Shown: one piece after another, positions 10,601 to 19,931 of the stretch | How positions within the stretch are numbered: the stretch's first letter is position 1 | Layout of the letters: the number at the start of each line of letters is the position of its first letter | Assembly (NCBI GenBank): GCA_965205015.1 | Contig: OZ242029.1 | Coordinates: forward strand, 928,001 to 992,000 | Direction: 5' to 3' | Origin: Candidatus Poribacteria bacterium | Lineage (GTDB): Bacteria; Poribacteria; WGA-4E; WGA-3G | DNA length: 64,000 bases | Notes under the pieces: generated by a model | Told to the model about the DNA's origin: nothing | Database searches by the model: none | Seen by the model: the letters and a program-made list of their open reading frames with translations, nothing else | Made by a program: the position numbers and the translations under genes

Positions 10601-11003
10601 GCTTCGAGTCGTTGAAGGTAGCTCGGCTGTCCTCATAAACCCCGAGATGGGAAAACTCCTCAAGGAGGAAAAGGAAAAACAGAAGAAACCGGACGCTCCC
10701 GAATCAGCACCAGACACAAAACAGCAAACGGGAGATGCGCCAACCCCAGTTGTAGTCGAACCATCACAAGCACAGGGACCTACCCATGTCGTTGTTACCA
10801 AAGCCTTGCAGTTAGAATTACCCTTCATGGACGAAATAGAAACCTTACAGGACGAAATCGCTCGCACCCTCCAAGCCGATGGCGGAAATGTGAAAATTGA
10901 AATCACCGTTACTGCCAACAAATCGGACGGCTTTTCCGAAAACACCACCCGTGCCGTCAAGCAAAACAGCGAACATCTCAACGCCGAATTCAAGAGTGAT
11001 TAG
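7692..11003 (+). CDS. DUF499-family AAA+ ATPase with N-terminal Swt1-like HEPN domain
   Basis: RNRVSH (RxxxxH); PWREV, EFAADL, Walker A GFGGGKTH, Walker B ILIDE, YPIHPE, FQRTRGVLR. Confidence 0.88.
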   Translation: MSSQKRPNQHELFKATNIYLDAMRPFIFRNMKRVPSIAAEDRIEDPDDVEIGDFPHLFRRYWRYAFAQHFDPEWDARSRISLIKEARNRVSHPRTKDLSLDYTLARLEDITDVLGAINAPDQESAVRAIRDKLVNESSIVPTKKEPKPTLQESNKKPPRRKISDLTPWREVISPNSDVIDGIFRKSEFAADLQEVYNGTAKTEAYGETDVFFNQTYITPGLRGLLVNTLRRLGGKGGDPVIQMKTGFGGGKTHSLIALYHLVTSAKTLMDLPSDGEYGRLRSEIHDIMQEAEWDPTSDLNAKVSVLDGLYLSTTEADTTKSGDPLNTLWGRMADQLGGQDAYDIVSEAARQGISPGGKQLDELFEHVGPSVILIDELIAYVRNVQRVTRDSIYTFIQALTQSVRRCEHVALVVTLTESQNQAGDEAGNEAFQTLEEIFERIEDVWEPLEIHEAFEVVRRRLFGSDIDEAERDRTCEAYSKMYRNARREYPDDVNNQRYLQRMKECYPIHPEIFDRLYHDWSAIPAFQRTRGVLRIMANCVSRLYQKQDPSPLIMPANLTLDDSALADEFAKLLGRQGGQWNPVLTEVDSDGSLTDQIDMNSGTFLDVGGAARRVARTIFLGSATGRAVKGITIRQIHLGVVEPGQGVSVYNDALNRMTDKLHFLYNLDDRYYFHTQENVNKAANDRAREYTKEHIYSEIVSRLERAIGRDPSVQVCPISPSAVKDSETIQYVILHPQASLPSREKETDIASDTARKILTYSADDERQRTFRNTLLFIAARQADIRELSNFVKNYLAWNSIMNGDVLHSALTDLEGTRLDQTTENLESAEDAVTTAIFKAYRWTLAPTQANPQKNAYDFSIADTKVDDRRIISRLREKFIEDDAVITKIALEIFAAQLQQYIWSSDAYQEHIGLDTFWELMAQNVYMPRMRDRSVLAACIREGVQAGTFGYASAYEEDDYRNFHFEEQVGGLRVVEGSSAVLINPEMGKLLKEEKEKQKKPDAPESAPDTKQQTGDAPTPVVVEPSQAQGPTHVVVTKALQLELPFMDEIETLQDEIARTLQADGGNVKIEITVTANKSDGFSENTTRAVKQNSEHLNAEFKSD

Positions 11004-11089
11004 CAATCTCTCAAAACAATACGATTGATACATATAAATTTTACATAAACGCGAAGCCCTCACGCAAAACTGGAGAATTTACTTAAAAA

Positions 11090-13879
11090 ATGACAACTTA
11101 CCGAAAAAAACTCATCGAGGTCAATATCCCCCTCCAAGCCATTAACATAGAGTCTGCAAAAGACCCTTCACTAACGACGGATGGACACCCTTCAACCCTC
11201 CACCGGTATTGGGCACGCCGTCCGCTTGCCGCATGCCGCTCAGTCATCTTCGCCAGTATGGTGGACGATCCCTCCGAGTGCCCCGACGAATTCCCAACCG
11301 AACCCGAACAGAACGCCGAACGCACCCGACTTCACAATATCATTAAGAGGTTTGTCGTCTGGCAAAATAGCAACGACGAAAACCTCTTGGCAGAGACACG
11401 CTATGAAATCGCATATTCTGTCGCACGGAATAATGGCGAAAACTTGACCGCCTTTCGCACGAAATTTCGGAACGATCCAGAGGGAGTTCTACAATATTTA
11501 CGCGACCACTGTCCCTCTGTCTACGATCCATTTTGTGGCGGCGGCTCCATTCCTCTTGAGGCACAACGTTTGGGATTACGCGCCCGTGGCTCAGATTTAA
11601 ATCCGTTGCCCGTGCTTCTCACCAAAGCGATGATTGAACTGCCCCCGAAATTTCACAACCAAAAACCCGTCAATCCTGATGCCGATCCAATGGGGATGTT
11701 CACCGGCACAGGTAGACGGAAGCAGCGCGCCCCGTGGAAAGGTACCGCAGGTTTGGCAGACGATATCCGCTACTACGGTGCCTGGATGCGCGAGGAGGCA
11801 TACAAACGCATTGGGCACCTCTATCCAAAAGCACAGTTGCCGGATGGCACCTCTGCCACAGTGGTAGCGTGGTTGTGGGCGCGTACCATTCCGTGTATTA
11901 ACCCCGCCTGTAGTCTCCACATGCCATTGATTAAGACTTTCCAGTTGTGTGATAAAAAAGGGAATGAGCATTGGATAAGACCACTTGTTAATCGCGAATC
12001 GAATACAATCTCATTCGTGGTTCAACCCCACAATGAGGGTGTACAAAAGAATGGCACTGTGAAAAATGGGGCCTCTTGTATTGCTTGTGGTACTGCTGTC
12101 AAATGGCCTTATATCCGGGAACAAGGTAAAGCAGGTAAGATGAAAGAAATAATGACAGCAATAGTCGTGGAGAATGGCCCTAGTAAACTGTTCTTATCTC
12201 CCACTAACGATCACATCCAAATGCCATACTCTGTTAAGCCCAATTGGAGGCCGAGAGGAAAACTGCCAAGACAAGCAATAGGGTTTAGTCCGCAACTTTA
12301 TGGATTCATAAATTGGCATCAACTTTTCACTAATCGGCAAACTAACACACTAAATACTTTTGGGGATCTGCTGACCGAAGTCCGCAGTCAGGTTAGGCGA
12401 GATGGAGCAGAGGACAGATATGCGGATGTTGTTTGTACTCACCTGGCCCTTGTTTTTGGAAGGATGGTCGAGACTAGTTGTAGCTTCGCATGGTGGCAAT
12501 ATCCAAGAGTCCGCACAATTTTTACGGATAAGAAAATTCAGATGACCTGGGCTTTTGCCGAAGTCAATCCATTTTCCACTTCAACGCAAAACTGGATGAG
12601 CCAGGTGGAATTCGTTGCAGAGGTAATTGAGAACTTACCGGTTTTTGCTAATGAGGGTATGGTATATCAAGCAGACGCCTCCACCACAAAGCATACTACC
12701 GACGGACCAATTATCATTACTGATCCACCTTATTACAAGAATGTTGGATATGCAGACCTCTCAGACTTTTTCTACGTCTGGTTGAGGCCCTTGCTACGTG
12801 ATACCTATCCAGAGTTATTTGGGGGCATGATGACTCCAAAGGACGAAGAGATAACAGCGAGTCCTCGATTTGAAGATCCCATGCGACACTTTGAAGTATC
12901 GTTGAGTAAGGCGCTGCTACGACTGCGACAACACTGTTCCAAAAAATTTCCTTCCTCTATTTTCTACGCATACAAGCAGCAAGAAAAGGAAAGCGATGGT
13001 ATAACCTCCACTGGCTGGGACACAATGCTCACAGCTATTGTGTCCGCTGGTTTTCAGATAGTTGCTACTTGGCCCATGCGCACAGAACAAGCCAAAGGAC
13101 AGAAAACAGGCAAAAACGCACTTACATCTTCTATTGTTCTTGTTTGCCGTCCCCGTTTTGAAGATGCGCCTGCCATAACCCGTACCGAATTCCTACAAGA
13201 ACTGAAAAAAGAAATGCCACCCGCGCTTGATAAACTCACGCGCATCGCGAACATCAGACCTGTTGATCTCGCACAAGCCGCCATCGGACCAGGGATGGAG
13301 GTCTACTCCCGCTACAGCAAAGTGACACGAATCAGCGGTGAGATTGTGCCGATACGCGAGGTTCTCAAGGAAATTAATAGGGAAATCACTGCTTACCATG
13401 AAAAGGAGTCCGGTGAACTAGATTCCGAGAGTCAATTCTGCTTGACATGGTTGAAGCAACACGGCTACATGGAAGGTAGTTTCGGCGACGCTTCGGTATT
13501 GGCAACGGCACAGGATGTAGACATCGACACTATGCACAACAAGGTATTGCTCAGAGACCGTGGCAAGGTTCGGCTACTAAGAGGCGAAGAATACGCTGAA
13601 CGTGAAAATAGTGAAGAGATGACAGCCTGGGAGGGGTGTTTGCGGATGGTGTGGCATCTATCGGGTGTAGAAAGAAGTGGGGGCATTTCGGGATGCACCA
13701 CCGTTGCCCGTTCCATGCGCGATTACGAATCTGCAAAGCGTTTAGCAGGGATATTGTATACTTACTACGAACGCCGTGGCGATGCAGAAAGCGCGGCACA
13801 CTATAACAACCTCGTAACCCAGTGGCAGTACATCTCGCAATCCATGGGATCACCAGAACAGTTGACAGCCGATATTTGA
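11090..13879 (+). CDS. DUF1156-domain adenine-specific DNA methyltransferase
   Basis: KKLIEV, LH.YWARRPLAA, motif I DPFCGGGS, motif IV TDPPYY. Confidence 0.9.
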   Translation: MTTYRKKLIEVNIPLQAINIESAKDPSLTTDGHPSTLHRYWARRPLAACRSVIFASMVDDPSECPDEFPTEPEQNAERTRLHNIIKRFVVWQNSNDENLLAETRYEIAYSVARNNGENLTAFRTKFRNDPEGVLQYLRDHCPSVYDPFCGGGSIPLEAQRLGLRARGSDLNPLPVLLTKAMIELPPKFHNQKPVNPDADPMGMFTGTGRRKQRAPWKGTAGLADDIRYYGAWMREEAYKRIGHLYPKAQLPDGTSATVVAWLWARTIPCINPACSLHMPLIKTFQLCDKKGNEHWIRPLVNRESNTISFVVQPHNEGVQKNGTVKNGASCIACGTAVKWPYIREQGKAGKMKEIMTAIVVENGPSKLFLSPTNDHIQMPYSVKPNWRPRGKLPRQAIGFSPQLYGFINWHQLFTNRQTNTLNTFGDLLTEVRSQVRRDGAEDRYADVVCTHLALVFGRMVETSCSFAWWQYPRVRTIFTDKKIQMTWAFAEVNPFSTSTQNWMSQVEFVAEVIENLPVFANEGMVYQADASTTKHTTDGPIIITDPPYYKNVGYADLSDFFYVWLRPLLRDTYPELFGGMMTPKDEEITASPRFEDPMRHFEVSLSKALLRLRQHCSKKFPSSIFYAYKQQEKESDGITSTGWDTMLTAIVSAGFQIVATWPMRTEQAKGQKTGKNALTSSIVLVCRPRFEDAPAITRTEFLQELKKEMPPALDKLTRIANIRPVDLAQAAIGPGMEVYSRYSKVTRISGEIVPIREVLKEINREITAYHEKESGELDSESQFCLTWLKQHGYMEGSFGDASVLATAQDVDIDTMHNKVLLRDRGKVRLLRGEEYAERENSEEMTAWEGCLRMVWHLSGVERSGGISGCTTVARSMRDYESAKRLAGILYTYYERRGDAESAAHYNNLVTQWQYISQSMGSPEQLTADI

Positions 13880-14124
13880 CAGTAACGCAAGATGCCATCT
13901 TTGTAGCATAGGAAACCGTTGGTCTCCTGTGTCTTGTAGCATCATCTATTAGATTAGGTTTCCCGTGCGTGCGCAAACTAAAAGTTTACGCTACAAAACC
14001 CCGTGGATACTCAACTACTTTCAATGAAAAAGGGCCTCCTCAGGTTTCCCAAAATCTTGTCCGTAACAACTTGGACTTATCAAGTAGTGTTTTATTCGGT
14101 TTCAAATTGAAGGTAAGTCTGGTT

Positions 14125-14182
14125 TGTAGTAGCGCAATTCATTGCGCTATGTTGACGTGCGATGAATCGCACGACTACAAAC
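14125..14182. repeat. GTAG-type REP-like palindromic pair
   Basis: gtagtagcgcaattcattgcgc ... gtgcgatgaatcgcacgactac; related to gtagtagggcaattcattgccc at 5542. Confidence 0.55.
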
Positions 14183-14230
14183 CTACCCTAAAATCCTGTA
14201 AATCCTGATCCAGGCAATAGGAAATATCTC

Positions 14231-14608
14231 ATGCATGACAGAGTCACCCCTTACGTCCTACAATATCAACTCAAGCGTAACTTGCGTCCCTTTACGCGCG
14301 AGGAGATCCTACAATTGCCAACTCGACGCAGCGGCGTATACGTGTTATGGCGGAAAACCGGCACCGAGGGACGAAACGAGTGCCTCTACGTCGGAGAATC
14401 CAGAACCTGTGTGCGGAGGCGGTTGTTACAACATCATTCAAACGCACAGAATGATGGGCTCCATTCACAACTCCGAATGTTCAGGTCAATCGTCCAATTT
14501 TCAGTAGAATTCACAGAGGACGCCGAGGAGACGGTGTTTTTAGAAACCGAACTCATCCGTGAATGGAAACCGAAAACTAATCTGAAAATGAACCCCGACA
14601 AATCTTAA
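14231..14608 (+). CDS. GIY-YIG nuclease family protein
   Basis: SGVY...LYVGES...RRRLLQH...LETELI...P.TN catalytic pattern. Confidence 0.82.
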   Translation: MHDRVTPYVLQYQLKRNLRPFTREEILQLPTRRSGVYVLWRKTGTEGRNECLYVGESRTCVRRRLLQHHSNAQNDGLHSQLRMFRSIVQFSVEFTEDAEETVFLETELIREWKPKTNLKMNPDKS

Positions 14609-15030
14609 CACGTCCCTTCCCAATTGTCCCATTGCCACCTCAAAGAATCTTTGCTTGTGAGAGTTTTTGAAGAGTTCACACGCGATTCTTCTTAACCTCA
14701 ATCCGATAAGCAATGTTGGGTGAGGTTCCCGTGTTCCCCTTTCCTCTACCAGTGCAGTTTTCCAATCCTGCCTTTTCTTTTTACTGTATATGTATTGTAT
14801 CTACAGTATTATATCTTTTCCCAATCACCATCCAACACTTGTAAGAGCAATTCCCAAAGGCATTATATGTCTATTAGTTAGACAACGGACATAAGCCGAA
14901 AAATAAAACGTAAGCGGACCGACTAAAAACCGATATTCCCTTGACTCCCCGTCTGATGCATGATATACTTAAAATATGTTATGTTTACAAAAAGAATCAA
15001 GCTAACGTTATCAGCCTATGGAGAATCGTA

Positions 15031-15834
15031 ATGCAAGCACTTGAAAATCGTAATGTTTCCGAACCACGAGTATTAACCCCCTGGGAGCGGGATATCTCAG
15101 ACGCGCTGAGGCGTAAAGAAACCGAAAAATACCCCCTGAGCCAGTGGTATCTCGGCGCGCTCTATGCGTTGGATAACCCTTACAATCCAGATCGTATCGC
15201 TCAGGCAGCCCATTCCCTACGCGAACTTATCGAAAAACTCCCGCGAGTTGTTCATGGAAGCGATGTTCAAACAGACACGACCGACTTCAAAGGAATGCGA
15301 CGTAGTATAAACAATCGTATTTTAAAAGACAAAGAACGTTACTCTGAAGGCTGGAAAAACAAAAAGATCGACGCGCGTTTGGGCAAAATACTCAGGAAAA
15401 TTGAGAACTATTTTGAGCGTAACCAGCTGCCAACTCGTGACGAACAAATGCAGCAAGCAGTAGCAACTGTTGACCCGATGGTTAACTCCTTGGATAGTGA
15501 GATTCGAGAAAGGAAGCGAAAGCAGTTACACCGTTTATGGAAAAGATCTGAGATTTTGAATGTCTGTGAGAGTGAGATAAAAGGTAGGCGGACTCGACTA
15601 GGAACACTTTGCGATATGCTTCCAGACCATGCACCAAAGGTGATTAAATGCTTCGCTAAAATAGCTGCCAATACCATCTACGTTCGGACAGAAGAAGTAA
15701 AAGCCATCCTGAAAGCAGGACGTGAAAGTATGGACGAAAGTGTCCGAAATGATTTGGAACACCTCAAACAGTTGTTAGTCACAGTCCCCGATATGCAAAG
15801 CCTTGAAACCTTCGCACAAATGCTGCACGAATAG
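15031..15834 (+). pseudogene. Chimeric hypothetical ORF ending in an Rpn-like C-terminal tail
   Basis: Promoter TTGACT-17-TATACT at 14941-14969, GGAG RBS before ATG 15031; AAHSLRELIEKLP motif; last ~35 nt nearly identical to end of 16765-17400. Confidence 0.5.
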
Positions 15835-15857
15835 CAACACGCTGTAGGTGAAAAGGC

Positions 15858-16148
15858 ATGTCCACCCTACGAAAAAAAGAGGAAACTGAGATGGAGCTAA
15901 CCATTAAACTGACAACCGAACAAATTATTGATTTTATTCAACAACTACCAGGGGAAGAGAAGTTAACTGTGGTCCGCGCCCTTGCAAAAGAATCTCTGCC
16001 TCGCCGCACGGAACGGATGAAGTATCTTGAATCAAAGGTTCGAGAGGTATGCACCGAACGCGGGTTGGATTGGGATACTCTGACAGACGAAGAACGCCAA
16101 GATTTCATCAATGACGTTGTCCATGAGGACCGTGAATGCGGCCGATAG
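15858..16148 (+). CDS. Small hypothetical protein, probable antitoxin of a PIN-toxin pair
   Basis: 96-aa ORF overlapping a downstream truncated MRPIVVYDT start. Confidence 0.5.
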   Translation: MSTLRKKEETEMELTIKLTTEQIIDFIQQLPGEEKLTVVRALAKESLPRRTERMKYLESKVREVCTERGLDWDTLTDEERQDFINDVVHEDRECGR

Positions 16149-16210
16149 TTGTTTACGATACAAAAACAACTTTTGTTATAGCATCATCTGTGAGAATGTG
16201 GTATAATTGA
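16136..16210 (+). pseudogene. Truncated N-terminus of a PIN-family toxin
   Basis: ATG 16136 gives MRPIVVYDT then loses similarity and stops after 24 codons. Confidence 0.4.
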
Positions 16211-16291
16211 ATTATCCATTTTTGGGTGACACCGCGAAGCATGTCGGCACGTCCTGCCACCTGCTAAATCAAACTGGCACAGGAGCGTCTT

Positions 16292-16699
16292 ATGAAAACC
16301 GTGCTTGTTCTCTCAATACTTTTATGCACAATCGCGTCGCCTTTACGCGCCGAAACCTCTACGAGTACTATCGAAACCGATATTGCCGTGATGAAAACAG
16401 ATATCCAGAATCTAAACGGAAAAATTGAGAGCCTCGAAAAAAACTTCGATAAACGTTTCGAGAGCCTCGAAAAAAACTTTAACACACGCTTCGAGAGCCT
16501 CGAAAAAAACTTTGACAGACTCAACAACATCATCATTGCCTGCATCGGTATCCCTTTGGCGATTATAGCGATAGGTGCAACCGTATGGGGCATCTTAGCA
16601 CACAGGCGAAGCAGGAAAGAGCAAACACTCGAAAAGCAGATTGAAACCCTCACACAGGAAATCGAAACCCTCAAGCAACGGCAGATTGTCAGTCCCTAA
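16292..16699 (+). CDS. Small membrane-anchored coiled-coil protein with three 11-aa repeats
   Basis: Signal peptide; ESLEKNF.... x3 (33-bp DNA repeats gagagcctcgaaaaaaactt); TM helix. Confidence 0.7.
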   Translation: MKTVLVLSILLCTIASPLRAETSTSTIETDIAVMKTDIQNLNGKIESLEKNFDKRFESLEKNFNTRFESLEKNFDRLNNIIIACIGIPLAIIAIGATVWGILAHRRSRKEQTLEKQIETLTQEIETLKQRQIVSP

Positions 16700-16764
16700 C
16701 GCCGTCCCTTTCTCCCTCCGCAAGCGAGCGAATAGAGAGATTCCGCGACAGCACACGCACACCG

Positions 16765-17400
16765 ATGTGGGCACGGAACGCCCAATATCAAGGATACCTC
16801 GTCGGTGAATACCAAATGCCGGTTTACTCACATGTCATCTACTTTCACCCGAACGCAGGCAGGAATGACCCAGGCGGATACACCTATAGTTGGAACAACT
16901 ACGAACACATCAATCGCTATAAGGTCATACGGCTCATTGAAATAGAAGGACAGGCGATTTTAGAGATGCAGGCACCCGGACTCCTGCCCTTCACGCCGCT
17001 CATGAAACCGCCCACAGACATGGACTCAGAGCAGTGGGTGCAAGCGTGTATTGATGCGACGCGTGCAACGCCTGTCGATCAGCAAACACAAGCGGATTTA
17101 CTCCACGGGATCTCCGTCTTTGGCGGAATAGTCTATAACGCCGAGTTGCTTGAGCGACTCATACCGGAGGAACTTATGCAAGAATCTAAAACTTACCAAC
17201 GCCAACTCGAAAGAATGCGTAGAGAGGCTACCATTGAGAATACTCTCGAATTGCTGGTAGATCAATTCCACCCAGAGGCGGTGCGTGCCTTAACGCCTAT
17301 ACTCCAAAACATTGAGGATTTGCAACGGCTGAAGGAACTCCATCTCGCAGCAGCTCGGGTGCCGAACATCGAAACCTTCGCACAAATGCTGCATGAATAG
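16765..17400 (+). pseudogene. N-terminally truncated Rpn-family (recombination-promoting nuclease/putative transposase) protein
   Basis: PVYSHVIY, YKVIRL, GLLPFTPLM, MQESKTYQ and LQNIEDLQRLKEL motifs; PD-(D/E)XK N-terminus absent. Confidence 0.65.
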
Positions 17401-17466
17401 CAGCACAGGATAGCGGTGGGAACAGGGACCGCCCCTATTAACACCATAATGATATCGGAGAACATC

Positions 17467-18153
17467 ATGTTTGAACAAATGGAGATATTGGACAAAAACT
17501 TGCAAAAGGGAGTGGATCGGTGGTTTGAAAAAGACCTTCAACAACGGGGCAGGACGCAGGAAGAGATGCAGCAGATGACTCTCAACCGTCCGACAGAGCG
17601 GGAACCCGATTTTTTTATGATGATTATTGAAAGCTGTTTAAATCAAGGCTTTGACAAGTTGCTTGAGCGAACCTGTAAAGATCTCATTCAAAAATGGAAC
17701 CACGAAGGCGGGAAAAAAGACTTTGCTATTGGCGTTATCCTTGAAACGTTCAAAGGTCGAGGGCAACTTGATGACGATCACGTCCTAAAAACATATCTCC
17801 AAAATGTTGACGACTGGCAGGTCATTAAAAAGTTGATGTTACTTGCCGCCTTCATGGCGGATTGGATATTTACCTCATACACCGCACTCATTGAACGGGT
17901 TCTCAACAGTAAGGAACACACCAGAGAAGGCATCACCGGGGATATCCGCGCAGCAATCTACTTACAATTCGGTACTGATGCAGTAAAAAAGGTAGCCCCA
18001 GCCCTCGAAAGCATAGAGGATTTACAAGAACTTAAAGGGGTGTTCATCGCCGCCGCCAGAGCACCCAACCTTTTAACCTTCAGGCAAGCACATCCCGCCT
18101 TGCAAAACACTGAAAAAGTAGAAAAGTCTTCGCCTGCACAGCAGTCAGAATAG
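17467..18153 (+). CDS. Hypothetical protein with two Rpn C-terminal-like helical modules
   Basis: LQNVDDWQVIKKL..AA and LESIEDLQELK...AAA resemble the upstream Rpn tail; GGAG RBS. Confidence 0.55.
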   Translation: MFEQMEILDKNLQKGVDRWFEKDLQQRGRTQEEMQQMTLNRPTEREPDFFMMIIESCLNQGFDKLLERTCKDLIQKWNHEGGKKDFAIGVILETFKGRGQLDDDHVLKTYLQNVDDWQVIKKLMLLAAFMADWIFTSYTALIERVLNSKEHTREGITGDIRAAIYLQFGTDAVKKVAPALESIEDLQELKGVFIAAARAPNLLTFRQAHPALQNTEKVEKSSPAQQSE

Positions 18154-18160
18154 CGTAAAT

Positions 18161-18468
18161 ATGGACAACTACCGAAAAAACTCATTGAGGTCAATATCCC
18201 TCTCCAAGCCATTAACATAGAATCCGCAAAAGACGCTTCCCTCACACACGGGTATCCGTCTATGCTCGATCGCTATCGGGCACGCCGGCCCCTCACAGCG
18301 TGCCGCGCTGTCATCTTCGCCAGTATGGTAGACGATCCCTCCGAATGCAAAGACGAATTTCCAACCGAACCTGAACAGAACGCCGAGGAGACGATGTTTT
18401 TAGAAACCGAACTCATCCGTGAATGGAAACCGAAAACTAACCTGAAAATGAACCCTGATAAACCCTAA
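18161..18468 (+). pseudogene. Deletion chimera: DUF1156 methylase 5' end fused to GIY-YIG 3' end
   Basis: Diverged copy of 11090-11319 joined to copy of 14520-14608 at ACGCCGA; A-run one base shorter (frameshift). Confidence 0.88.
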
Positions 18469-18742
18469 CACAATACGCTAACCCGAAACCTGAAAATAAA
18501 GTGTGTAAAGTTTTCGGCATTCACGGTTCCCTGTTCTAAAAACACTGATACAATACGTTAATTACATTTTCACATTTGTTTTTTCACGGAGAGACGGCTT
18601 ATGGCCTCTTGGCAACCCACGTCACGTCTACGTCCGCAAAAACCTCCGTGAAGTCTCCGTGAAAGTCAGGAAGCCATCGGAGCATTTACACGAAGATATA
18701 CAATTATCCATCCAACATCAAGAAAATTTTAGGAGCCTTTCG

Positions 18743-19792
18743 ATGCATTTTCGACTTTTTGTCTTATTCATATTCATAACAGTGCTGCTTTCAGGTTGCG
18801 AGAAGGCGCGACAACTCGTTACGCCACAAAAGGTAACAGCCACGGGCACTTGTACAGACGGAACCCGCGTGTTGAAGGTCGGCTTTTATGCCCATTTCGC
18901 GCCCATTAGTTACAGTGCTAACGAAGACCCTGCTTCGGCTGCATTCAATACACATCTCGGTTACGAAGCCGATCTATTGACCGCACTTGAAGCGATGGAA
19001 GGGGCGGGTTTGACGTTTTCTCGAACGGCTATCGCCGAGTGGGAGGGTATTTGGCTAAAGTCTGCTGAATCCGCGTATGATATTATCGGAGGCGGCATTA
19101 CCATTCTCGAATCTCGGAGGCAAGACGCGACAGGTATGCCCCTCGTCACCTTTACATCTGGACATATCAAGTTTCGACAAACGCTTTTGGTTCGTGCTGA
19201 AGATGCGGAACGTCTCTCCACACATGTTGCCCTCAACAGTGAAGTCCGTGTTGGTGCCCTTCCCGGCACGACGGGGGAGGCGCGTTTACTTCAACTTACC
19301 GGGCTTGCTGATGCCGACGGTGTTCTGCTATCGGACACCCGGGTTGAGACTCGCGACGGGACTGTAATCGTCGACGGCACAGCGGCTTACACGATTACAG
19401 CCGCCGGTGCCTCTCCGAACTTGGCGGGTAGGCAACATCTCTATCCACCTACGGAAACCATGCCGCAGGTCATCTATCTCGGTGATGCCTTGGGGGAATC
19501 GGAGCTGCTTGAGGCGCTCGTCGCGGGTCGTATTGATGCGATTGCGAGGGGTGAGAGCGGTAATCAGGAGGCCGCGCACGCCTCACACGGTGAACTCGTC
19601 GTCACCGCCTTTGATGAGCAGGTAGAGTATGGCGGATTTACGCTCGCCCTCGAAGATGCCGATCTCGCCGCCTGCATTGATGAAAAACTTGACTATCTGA
19701 CAGATAACAAGAATATCGGTTACGGAGAATGGTTGCAGGATCCATTGGTATTCATGAAACGTGCCAAGCAGTGGAACGCCACAGTAGAATAG
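18743..19792 (+). CDS. Lipoprotein, ABC-type (family 3-like) substrate-binding protein
   Basis: Lipobox LLSGC; FAPISY, GYEADLL, GGITILESR, GRIDA. Confidence 0.75.
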   Translation: MHFRLFVLFIFITVLLSGCEKARQLVTPQKVTATGTCTDGTRVLKVGFYAHFAPISYSANEDPASAAFNTHLGYEADLLTALEAMEGAGLTFSRTAIAEWEGIWLKSAESAYDIIGGGITILESRRQDATGMPLVTFTSGHIKFRQTLLVRAEDAERLSTHVALNSEVRVGALPGTTGEARLLQLTGLADADGVLLSDTRVETRDGTVIVDGTAAYTITAAGASPNLAGRQHLYPPTETMPQVIYLGDALGESELLEALVAGRIDAIARGESGNQEAAHASHGELVVTAFDEQVEYGGFTLALEDADLAACIDEKLDYLTDNKNIGYGEWLQDPLVFMKRAKQWNATVE

Positions 19793-19931
19793 GCGATTAT
19801 ACTATATGGTAAATCTGACGGTTGACCGCTTATAAAAAACTTGACAGTAGAACCGAAATCGGTTAATATTGCCACATTAATGTCAGAACGAGTCCGATTC
19901 ACCTGATCGAACCGCAAGGTAAAATTAAAAA

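Noticed and set aside
13969-14208. 79-aa ORF between methylase and GIY-YIG
   Set aside because: Spans REP-like palindromes, lacks an RBS and any motif.
16425-16515. 33-bp triple repeat as mini-CRISPR
   Set aside because: It encodes an 11-aa coiled-coil repeat inside an ORF.
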